Made by a program: the position numbers and the translations under genes. The notes under the pieces were generated by a model, which saw nothing but the letters and a program-made list of their open reading frames with translations, ran no database searches and was not told the DNA's origin. Positions 26,901 to 38,900 of a stretch of 64,000 nt of DNA are shown one piece after another. Each line of letters starts with the position of its first letter. Position 1 is the stretch's first letter. This DNA is from Tubulanus polymorphus (taxonomy: Eukaryota; Animalia; Nemertea), in contig NC_134026.1 in assembly GCF_964204645.1 (NCBI RefSeq), forward strand, positions 9,137,950 through 9,201,949, written 5' to 3'.

Positions 26901-29900
26901 AAGTTCTCTATAAAGCAGCCAGTTGCTCAAGAGTTGGTTAAAGATAACCTGGTCGTAATTGCTTGCATTGTTATGTTATTTTTCTGCTGTCAGTTCCACA
27001 CTTCTCGTTTAACTTGGACTCTGCAGTGAAAATTAACTCGGTGTCCAATGTTTTGACCCTAGTAGAATCAAACCTTAACCAAGAACCGTTAAAGCGGGCC
27101 TAAATGGCCCCCTGACCTGATTCAATATTGGGTAGTTGATGAAATTACTTATTATTTGGACATATACCAATGCATGAATGTAGAACCAGCCGGTTTATTA
27201 GGTGTTTTTAATGTCTATTTTATAGCCAGATAATGTAGATATGGTTGAGAAAGTGATTCGAGATTCGCTTGTGTTAACTTGTGTTGATAGCTCCGAATGG
27301 AACTGGGAATTGATGGCATATTTACTTAAAGTAAAGCAGTTTTCATTTGTATTTTATTCCGGTTATTCACCCTGCCATGGAGTTTCGATTCAGTCTTAAC
27401 AACAAAGATGTTTTTTTCCAGTGGCCAAGCGACGGCTTAAGAAGTCTTGTCGACCAAACCCACATTAGGTAATTGGCATATAGAGATAGCAAGCTATCGG
27501 TTTGAATCCGAAAGGTTGGTTAGTCCGTGCATTGTTTGTTAATTTATCGTTTCAGATTCGTACGAAGGATCGTTTTCTTTTACCGACCGAGTAATCGTTT
27601 ATTCGCCTGTCTCCATCTCGAACACGAGGATGCCGCTAGATTTACCGAATACGGATGTCTGCTTATCGACTTCTTGTTGCAATGTAGTGAGGTAAGTGGA
27701 GATTTGGCCATTTGATGACAACATATTGTCAAATGACAATTTATTGCGTATTGAATGTGTACTAACAATACAATGATACTGGACATACAGCCGTTCTATT
27801 ATATCTTAACCTTCAACGCCGCTGGTATCAGATTTGAAACATAATTATCATAGCAATATTGATTGAAAGGGAGAGAGCCCCTTACTGCCATTTTGAAATA
27901 TTTAGAATTCGTTTTAAATGTTTCTTTTTAGAATTTTTCCAAGGTCATTAACCAAAATTGTAATATTTTGTAGGCTGAAAGTGATATTATCATTAGTGAG
28001 TGGTTGGCAGACATAAGCCATTACCTGCGAGAGGTAAGTACTATGGTATGGTTCCCGGAGGCAAAATAAGCTATGCTAATGATGTATCGAATTGAAGCCC
28101 CTTCAACATCATCAGATCCTAGCAATTTGCTTAATCAAAAATCAACAAAACAAAAGCCAGATCTCTCATTGTAGTTGTAATTAGTCTTAACCTGTCAGTG
28201 CATCTACAACACCGTGTGATGTATAAATCGGCGATGGACTTGACTCGTACACCGCTCCACAATGTATTGATGTAATTAATGATTAGTTTTTATCACTAAT
28301 GATGAATGACAGCTCCTGTCAAAGACAGTTAGATATTAGTAATTAACCATACACTGCACTGCCGTGTAGTCGCACTAAAGCGTTATGCCCATTATTCAAA
28401 ACACTAGTGAGTAATTGTACAGTATTTTCAAATTATATCCAGCTCTGCAAGCATTGATTAATCAGTAGTGAAAGGCTTAATTTGTCTTCTTTTGTTGTTT
28501 TGTAGATTCGACATGAGAAAGCGCCTCAGAACGCTTTGTTCAGCCCGTCCAACGTATCAACACGTGCTTGTAGGGACTATTTCTTATTCATTGGACGTTT
28601 TTCGAATTCAATTCGCGGTGAAAAACTGCTCGAACAATCTGGAACTGTGCAATTGTAAGTATTTTAAAAAAAACTTATACCATTTTTTAGCTTACTTGGA
28701 ACTAAAGTTCCTGCAGGCTATTGTATTTTCATTATCCGTCATCCATCCATCTGTCCGTAGACAGAATTCACTTTTCATAAAAAGTTTTCCATACGCTTTC
28801 ATATTAAGTCTTAGAGCAATCTGAGTATGGCAAGTTTCAAGGTCATTGGTTTCTGTGTAAGTTTAGCTGGGGGTTTTTGAATTTTGAATTTATCAGATTG
28901 CAGGGGCGTATCCAGAACCCAAAAGGGCACTTTGATGTCTGAACAGGCAATAAGATTGTATTAGGTTTACTGACTGAAACGTACCAATGAAGTTGGTTGA
29001 TAAAATGAAAAAGGGCAAAGAAGATTTTATAGACTTGTACAAGTCTCAAAAATCACCCTGGATCCACCCTTGGATTGTTGGACAATTCAGACCACTTTCC
29101 AAGTGGGCATGCAGCACCTCTTATTTATGAACTTGCCAAAAAATGAAGTCACCAAAACACTGGACCCAGTTCCACAGTTGTGAGTTAGAGTTAACTCTGA
29201 GTTAAAGTTAGTTGATTTTCAATGAGTTAACTCTAGAGTTAAAATTAACTCAGAACTGTGGAACTGGGTCCTGATGTTTAATATATCACTGGACCGGTCA
29301 TTCTAAGGACTGGTTGATCATTCTGGAATATGTACGAGCAAGTTTTGTGAAATATCACTCAATTTTATTTTAGGTTGGTCGACTTGGTCACAGTTACAAC
29401 TCACGATATTTATATTAAATTGATTATATCTAGTCTGAATTATACTCGTCAAGGTCTGTCTCGTCTCATCCTTACGCAAGCTTTAACCGCCACTTCAGAG
29501 GTAGTAAACCATTTATTCATCTTTTTCTGCAGAAATTTTTGAAAAGTATGTGCTGATTTACCTGATCTGAATCTACTTGATTGTGTCCTTTGAGGATCTT
29601 CAAGTCAATATCGGTATATTTATCTTGAAAATGTAAAGAGGGAGGAATTCTTTATCGGATGATAAGGACACCCAGCATAATGTTTAGAATCAATCCCTCA
29701 AAAATACGCTGAACATGTCCATCGTACATAGGTTTATCAGCCAATATTGTCGGCAATATACCATGCATACAATGTTTTACATGTGGCTTACAAATGATTT
29801 TCAGAATGCCAGGCTCTATGCTGCTAAGTTCATGAGAGTGTTACTGAGAGCTGACGTACCATTTATAAGTAGCTGGGGTATGGAATTATTAGTGACTCAG

Positions 29901-32900
29901 TTGTATGATGAGAGTAGTGTTGTAGCTTTGGAAGCGTTGTCTGTGATAGAGGAAGCCTGTGAAGATGAGGTAAGTCAAATTCATTGGATAAGCATACTTT
30001 TCTTCATTCTGCTGAAAATTTTACTTTCGGCCTCGTAAATGCGGAAAGCAGCTGGGTTGATAAAGAATAATTGCAAAACCCGAACTAGAATACCAGTATC
30101 CGAAAGAAATTACTTTTAATCCGTTAGCACTCAAGTCACCGGTGTCCGCCTTTGCCTATTGCTCCTCAAGCTGCCCAAATCCGCCTGGCACTTTTTAGCC
30201 CACTTGGGACTTTAGTCCCAGCGGGCTATTGCATTCACTTTTCGTCCGTCGCCCGTCCGTAGACGGAATCCAGTTACTTTGGGAAGTTTTCAAGACGCCT
30301 CGATGTAATGTCTTGATATTTGGGTTACACATGTATCAGCACTTTTTACACATTTTTGAGGTTTTTGAGGGAAATTTTGAAGACGCTTTCATCAATTATC
30401 TTGATCTTTCGTATGTATTTGACTCTCCCTAGGGTACATCAGCATAAGAAATATTGGGTCGATAAGACTCAAGATGGCCGTCCTATGAACTTTTTTTGTA
30501 CCAAAAAATGACAATTTTCGTCTGAATTCAGTAGCTTTCTACTGGTTTGCCATTTTTTATTGCAATTTGTAGTGGCTTTATGGAAAGGGATCTTTAATAC
30601 CTGAGAAAGGTATTTTTGATTACCCAATTATCACGCGATTGGCGGCCATCTTGACGTCATCGGTACTCATTCGTAGGTTGAAGAAAGTTTTTCCACATTA
30701 TATTGATGCCTAAGCATATTTTGTTAGCACAATCAATTGGAAAGTTGTAGCTCATAATGTGTTCTATGATATTGGTGAGTTTCAAGGTCATTGCTTTTTG
30801 TATATGGCCACCAGGGGGTGTTGAATAATACAATAACTTATTATTTCTAAATCATATTTGTACCCATGCATATTTTGTTACCACAATCAGTTGCAAAGTT
30901 GTAGCTCATGACATGTTCTATGATTGTGGTGAGTTTTAAGGACAATAGTTATTCTATATGGTCACCAGGGGCGTTGAATAGTAGAATAACTTAGTATTTC
31001 CTTATTATATTGGTACCTAAGCATATTTTGTTACCATGATCAATTGCAAAGTTGTAGCTCATGACATGTTCTATGATTGTGGTGAGTTTCAAGGTCATTT
31101 TGCATATGGTCTCTAGGGGGCGTTGAATTGTAGAATAACTTAGTATGTCCATATGAAATTAGTGATGAGGCATATTTTGTTATCACAATCGATTACGAAA
31201 TCGTAGCTGCTGATATGTTCTATGATTGTGGTGAGTTTCGGGGTCATTGGTTTTAAGTATATGGTCACCAGGGGGCATTGAATATTGAAATTGTTAGATA
31301 GATGAGCATTTGAAACCACTTCCCAAGTGGGCATGGCGTCCCTGGACCCCTAGTTTCGTATACTGCACGAAAACAGTTATAGTGGGATTCAAACCCAATA
31401 GCTTAATATGATAAACTAGACACCCAAGTCCTCGAAATACTGAACAGAAATCAACATCCTCCTATTTCAATTTTGAGTATGAACATGACACATCTGAGTG
31501 CTCACTTCAAATCCAAGTAACTTTGGGTGAATTTGGGGAGCCAAAAGGACACGATTTTGGTGGCCCACATCATCAAATCTTACATCACATGAAAGCCTTG
31601 ACTATTTACTTCAAAATAACACGAACTTGTAATGCATGGAAATAAACAGCTAAATAAGCTACATGTATTTGGTATCGTGATGAACTTGGCTTTTCTCTTG
31701 AATTTTTTGAGGAGTAATTGACACTGCATAGTGAAATTCCCGAGTGCTAATGGGTTAATGTCTAAATGCAGCTACAACAATTTCACCAATTCTTCCCTAT
31801 TTTCCCATACTGGCATTTGAACATCCAATGATTTTATGATCTTCATATGCAAACTATCTAATCATAATGTTAAAACTGAAGAAATCTTGAAAAAGGAATC
31901 TATGACATACCTTACTTCTCAGAAAATGCAAGGGTCTCCAGCAGGGTAATTACATAAAATCTGCCGTGTCTATTAGTAATTGTAAAAAGAGGTTTTTCAT
32001 ATTTGTTTCATGCCAGTACTGTGTAAAATCTGAAGAAATCTTCGAATTTTTTAAGGCAATGATCAAAATGATTATTCAAAGGGAAATCCATTCATTCACG
32101 CGATACCGGTATAAACTATTTTGTTATAGGTTTCATTTCGGTTTATATACAGAATTCATTTTCTCTTAGGTAAATTTGCACATGGTAGTCAAACTCCGTC
32201 CAAGTCTCCTCCATTTGAGAGAGGAAGGTTCTTTGATGCTCATTCGATTCGTGTCCATCCCGAGTGGGTTCAAGTATCTGTCGGATGCAAAATACGTACA
32301 AAATGAACTCGATAGATGGAGAAAGGTACGTAGGAGTCAGTATATGTCCTTTTCATTTGAAGACTGAAAACAGCTATGCACCATAATGCACCATAATGTT
32401 GGCTGCCTTGTTTCTCAATTAGAAATTTGCTAGTTTTATGCTAGTGGTATATCTGGTTTGGACATCTCGGCTTCCATGGTATTAATGTTGGGCGCTCTCC
32501 GAGTTACGCTTGATTGTTATTGGTCTTTTCTCTTGTTTACTGGTAATCAAGTGAAAACGTACCAGTAAACCACATAGGTTTTGTACGTTTGTGTGTGCAT
32601 GCAGCATAATGGGGCTTCAACTAGGAATATCCATCACAGAAACTTTGTTTTAACGTCTCTGACGTCATTGAATTTGATATCGATTCAGCAGTTGTTGTAT
32701 TCATTTGTCTCTCTCACAGGGTTTCAACGCGCGTTACGTCGGGATAGTCGAAGAGCGGTTACAAGAAGCTCTAACAAGCTATGAGAAAGGAACTTACTAC
32801 ATACTTTACTACTCAGAAAATGCAAAATCTCCAGCGGGGTCAGTACCAAAATCTCTATCTGCCATGTCTGTTTATCTTTGTCAAATGATATTTTATCATG

Positions 32901-35900
32901 TTTATTATAACAAAATCAGAGGATTGTAAATAAACATTTGGAAACCGGAAAAACATCTTGAACTAGAAAAATTATGAGTTAATCATAGTAATGATGATAA
33001 TTTATTCAGCCTAAAATCCATATGAAATATGCTCTTTGGCCAATCATGATACACAAAAAGGGAACACAGAAAACTGAAAGCAGTTTTATAAAAAGCTTCG
33101 GTAAAGTATTCCAGGGTACTGGGGCGAGGTAAGAATAGGCTGAGACCAGATTAACACAGGAGATGACGAGTAAGAATTGATTGTTAGATCTTAAAATTTT
33201 AGTGGTTGATTTGTTTAATGAGTTAGCCCAGCACAGCCTTCGAATATTGAAGTATTTATCATGAAAATGGAATATTTTGATTACTAGGATTTGGTCTTTT
33301 GACGAATATGGTGGTTTTCCTCTTTCAGGAAAGTGAAAAAAGATGTCTTTGTGCCTTTGCATTTTTATGGTCAGTTAGTTCAACACAAGGCTGGATATCG
33401 TCTGCTTCAAAATCAGGTACAAATATGATAAAAAATAATTTGATTTCTTACCGAGGAGGGTGGTTCATTTTTCCGCTTCTTCATTGATTCTTTAGTAGGT
33501 CTTATGTGCCTTGGTAACAATTGAAATCATATTGTCACTGGATGTACAAGTATAACCGCAAGGGCTCATTTTCATATTCATGGGCTGACCGATTTACTCT
33601 GGCTTTATGATTTAGAATGAGCAAATCCAGTGACAGAAACAATGACTTCATCTCCCTTGTTGTCAACATTGCTGTAGTTAATTGTTAATTCTATTGTAGT
33701 TAATTGCTTATTTTATTCCAACATTATGTATAACTTTTGGAGAGCTATGATTGATCCATCAAATTCTTATCCGAGTCAAAATTCTCAGTTTGTTTGTGAA
33801 ACTCGCTCAAGTTGTCATAGTTGGCGGACGATCATGAATTATCCAAATGACAACTTACACTTAATATTATTTAATTGGATATACAAATTTTGACTCAAAA
33901 ATAGTTACGATTTAAGCAATTCGATGACTCATGGGGTAATGACTTAGGTAAGTTTTACAGGAACAACCAATGAATGGTAAACCAATTTCTGAGTCCTTTT
34001 TCATGAGAATCCATACTATTAAGTCAGTAGACTTCCAAATATCCACCTACCACACTTTCTTCGTGATAATACACGGTTTGTGATATTTTTAAGTTGATTT
34101 TGATGTATCTTCTCTACTACAATGAATTATGTCGCTTATGCTCATGAAGACTATTGCTTCTGGACTATAAAGTGGAACTGTAAAACTGTAAAACTTAACT
34201 GATTAAGCTAAATCATTCGTTATTCATATGAAACCTATGCAGGATATGTTCTAGAAATTCCAGAACATTCATTCGAAATGCTCTTCGATGTTCCTGAATA
34301 TGGTAGAAATGGCTATATAATCTTCTGGAAAGAATAAGATAATGCTAGAATATAAAAGAACATTCTGGAAATACTAGATCTTATTACAATAACCTATTAC
34401 TATTCAGTGGCATTGGAACTGTAGCGACTGCACCGGCAAAAGCCACGGCAATAATTCACTGACGTTTTTTTCTTTCTATACTATGTTTTTGACAAAATTG
34501 AAGTAAATTCACTGCGACAATCAAAAATTGCTTCCGAAGCGCATGCTATTTTGAACTCTATTACACTATGATGCAATCTTTAAACTTTGGCTAATAAACA
34601 ATATTATGTATATGAGATATTGAAAATCCCTTCTAACCACTATATAATACTATTTCAGCCGTATTTAAGTGAATACTTCGAGACAATTCGATACCAATAC
34701 GCTTACGCTGATGATGAAGTGCTGGCACTGAAAACAGCTCTATGGGCAGTGGTATGTTTCCTTCTGATAATACGATAAATGGTGTGTTTGAATGTGTTTC
34801 CAGTGAATATCTTGTCACAATTTCAGGGTCACCTCGGCAGTTCTCAGTGGGGCATTTTGATGTTACAAGATGAGAATATTGTATCGGACATCATCAAGCT
34901 GGCAGAAGAATCCAGTATTTTTACAGTTCGAGGGTACGTACCTTTTAGCTTCAATATTATTTTTTGGTGAAACACAAGAATAAGATGAGTAAGATGAGGA
35001 ATTTTACTCCAAATTTACTAACCGCTCTTTAAAGTTAAATAAAGTGTTAAATTCAAAGGACGTATGTTGACTACGATAACTTGGCCACTTTTTCCTATCT
35101 CTTTACTTCATTTTTCATATGACATCAAATTGTTCAAGAGAATGGATTGATAAGAATGATAGTGAATTAGAGTATAAGCCTAGTGAACAAATTTTCATAG
35201 AAATTTTTATTCCTTATGATGAAATCCATAATGTTATAGGTTCACTAATCCAATCTCATTTATATCCAAACTTTTCACCAGTCCTAATTTAATAGATATG
35301 ACTCTACTTGAGTCTACTGTATCCACATCTAGTTTCGATCAGTTTCCAGAAACATATATCCTCGTTAATTTTACCTTTTAGTACGGCGTTCTATGCTCTC
35401 GGCTTGATAGCATCGACGCACCAAGGTGCTAACTTACTAAGGCAGTTCGGCTGGGAATGTCTGCATCATAGTCGCTCGGAAACGTGGCCGGTTCACGATA
35501 ATTCCTCCTCCGATTCTGACTCGGAGGCTCCGCCCATTCCGTCGAGTGATTCTGACGGCTGCAGCGGTGGCGGACTCACCCCAGTTTCACTCGAAGTTAT
35601 GCCGGATTTCACGGACGAAACGTCGCGGCCGAAAAGTTTCAGTCAGAATTCAAATTCGAGCAGCGATGATGATGAACGATTGCGCGCTCCATCGACGTCT
35701 TCCGGCGGCAGACGTACTCAACATCTGTCGAGTCTATCGAGTATCGAGGAAATCGTTCCCGCAACGAAATCGACAACGACGACGACGACACCGACGGCCA
35801 CTTCACCGGATGGAAATAAAGTCAACAATAGTTCGTACGAAGACAGCGGTGAATCGGTGTTTTCGTCTAGTCCTCGAAAAGCGAACAGTTTTGCCGGCGC

Positions 35901-38900
35901 GATACAAATCATCGACGATATGCACCCTCGTAGTGCGTCGGAGCCAGCGAAACGCTCCTACTCACCGTCAATGAACAATGCTGCTGAGAATCAGTTAGTC
36001 TTCGACCGAGTAGTCGCCGAGAAGCAGCTACTAAACGGACCGGGCGATGATCTCTGCCTGCGCAGACGCAGTTCCAGTAATCAAGAAAATAAACGACCGG
36101 GCGTTACGTTCGATGACAAAGAAGAGCTTCGGCCAAAAAGTCTAAGCTTCGGGAACGTGGGCCGAGAAGGTAAAACGCGTTCGGACAGTATGAACACCGA
36201 CGGCACGACGAGTGGATTCAGTTCGTACGATTCCGACCAGCCGGCGCATTCCCTATCGTCATCGCTACTCGATTCATCGTCGATTCGTGCCGCTCCCGCA
36301 TTCGACCGTACGTTGTCTCATCCGTCGGAGATTAATCGAAGACGCGCGAATCTGAAACGGATGCCGACGTTACATTTGCCAAAATCGATTTCGATGACTC
36401 GCATCGCCGGCAGCGGTGATGACGATGATGCCGCCATTTTGTCGCCGTTTGGTAAAAAACAAGATACGTTCGCGTATGCGACGCTGAAAACGCTGCAACG
36501 TCAGCGCACGTACAGCACGGATAAAGAGTCAGACTTAGGACTGAAAACATTGTACGACGAGGAACCAACGCTTTCCATGAAAAGATCGTTGAGCATTGAT
36601 TTCGGTGTTTCCCGATCAGTGTAAGCATAATATTAGATGTATTTACAATAAGTATGAGGCTGATGAAAAACCCTCAATATGAAGAAGACTTAGACAGTAT
36701 TTGACGTTTGACTCAATTCTATGAGTGATCGTCAAAACTGTTGTCAAAAATGTCTCGTAGAATTGAGTTGAAACGTCAAATACTCTCTTAGCTTTTCTTC
36801 AAACAGTAGAATCTTCAGATTCGCATTATCCTACGCCTAAGACAATAAGCTTATACATGTAATACAAATTTTCTTACTCCAATAATCGTGGTAATAATGA
36901 CCCATCCCTGCTGTGACTGCCCCAGAATTCACGTACGTATCTCGGTGAGAATTTGGATCCAAGGCATGCAGAGTACTGTGTTAAGTGTTTTTATTTAATC
37001 AAAGTACCGGTACCGTAGTCACTTTTCTATGGAAACCAAAGATGGGGTTGTATTTCATGTAAAGATATTGGCCTACGTTGTCATTGGAAATCTAACTGCA
37101 GTAATTCAGTGTTTGATCCAAACATTAATTTGGATATTTCCCAAAGTGGGAAATCTCTGCGTAAATCTGAATCAATGTTTAGATAAAAACAATGAAGACC
37201 AAATGTAAGCATCGTTTTTAACATATTTTCTGCCAGATATCTTGTTTTTCCATGATTGCCAGTTAACTGAGTAAACAGATTTGCAGTGTGAATAATAGAA
37301 TCTTCTTCATCCTCTTTGCTGTTTGTCAGGACATTGGCTGACTATGTTGTTAACTATAAGATACGTCCCAGTAATGGGAATAGAGTGTCCTGCCCAATTT
37401 AAGCATCTTTGGCAGCTTTTTTTATTTCATTCTTGTAGATCTTTTTCATTTGGTGAAGCTGATTCGCAACAGTTATCCATGAAAGGCAGTCTTAAAAAAA
37501 CTATGTCTAAAGTGATGAAAAAGATGTCAGCGGTCGCCGGAACTGCCGAATTTGTAGGATTAGCTCTGCCAGTTGATGTTGGTTTGATCTTCCATGTAAG
37601 AAGTTATCGACTATTTGTAAATCCTCAAATTTAATCGTATTATTGCTAGAATTCATTGATAAAATTCATGTTTCCAGGTAACTGAAGATGAACTACGTAT
37701 GCAAACTACTTCGGATGTAATTCGATTCATGGACCATAGGAAATTAGGTAAATTTTCAAATCCAAGATACATTCTTTCGGATGCATTAAAGGATTGCAAT
37801 ACGGTCATGATCATTAGGCATTAAGCTGTTCATATTGACAAGGGCTTATAAAAACGAAAATTCATAAATATCTGATCTTTATGGAGAAATACAAATTGCG
37901 GATGATCAATTCAATTAATACTGTGAATACTATAGTAGGACATGTAGTGTGGAAAGATGAACAACTGGATGAGGATTCCGATACTGGTTTAGAAGTTCAT
38001 GATATGAACAATTGTCTTAGTTGTTACCGATTTAAGAAAGCCACACAAGCTCACACCGTACTCACGGTATCTGAAGTCGACACAGGTAAATATTTAGCAG
38101 TAGCATTCAACCATCCTGAAATGGTGGCTGCCTCCAGTAATCATATTGGAGTGTGTCTTCATTGCTATAGTCCGTGCCTATCTCTTAAAGCAGTTTTTAG
38201 CGGGCTATTGCAATTGCATTCACTTTTTGTCTGTTCATCCATAGATGGAATACAGTTTAGGAAATTTTTAAGACATTTCAATGGATTGTCTTGATGTTTG
38301 GTTGATACATGTACCTAACCCTAGACACATCTGCAGCAAAAGTGGTCTCTCTCCCACTTCGCAACCCTCTGTGCGACAACCCTAGGGTTCTACTGAACTT
38401 TCCATTGCTTCTGTAAATTGCTTCTGTAAGCTTCCAGATCTGCCTAGCACTACTATTTTTCTTGTTCAAGACCTCATTTGAACTCAGAATTACCCCCATT
38501 AGTAAGTTCCTCAACCGCGGGCCATTCGCTCAAAGGTTGTTTAATTTTAGCTTGGTATGATTTTGATAGGGTTACCAGCTTGTTCCGATATGATTTTGAT
38601 AGGGTTACTATAGTTCCCTTATGTACTACACGCCGATTACAGTTCAGTAACATTTCACAAAATAGGGAATAACCTGTATGATGCTTCCAGATGATTCTTC
38701 TGTTTACAGTCAGTGCAATGAACATGTCACACCACCCTTGTACCGGTGTACATTGTTGTTAAAGACAACATTCTATTTATTCTAGATGATGCGGATGGGT
38801 ACCAGAATTACAGTCATTCACTCTCCCGACAATCGAACCCAGAAACTAGTGATAGCGGTACACCCGGAAGTATTCAGAGTATTGGAAGCACGTTGTCGGG

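Noticed and set aside
30700-31300. ~154-bp periodic repeats considered as CRISPR or a standalone satellite
   Set aside because: The whole unit repeats, with no spacers, and is bounded by HINE-type termini in several dispersed copies.
33115-33128. Candidate 14-nt RICTOR microexon (ccag-GGTACTGGGGCGAG-gtaaga)
   Set aside because: Would shift the frame between phase-2 neighbours, and its polypyrimidine tract is poor. It cannot be excluded as a poison exon without RNA data.
35546-36628. ORFs 35546-35974 (+), 35718-35912 (-) and 36332-36628 (-)
   Set aside because: Alternative frames of the GC-richer RICTOR exon 25, with no independent motifs.
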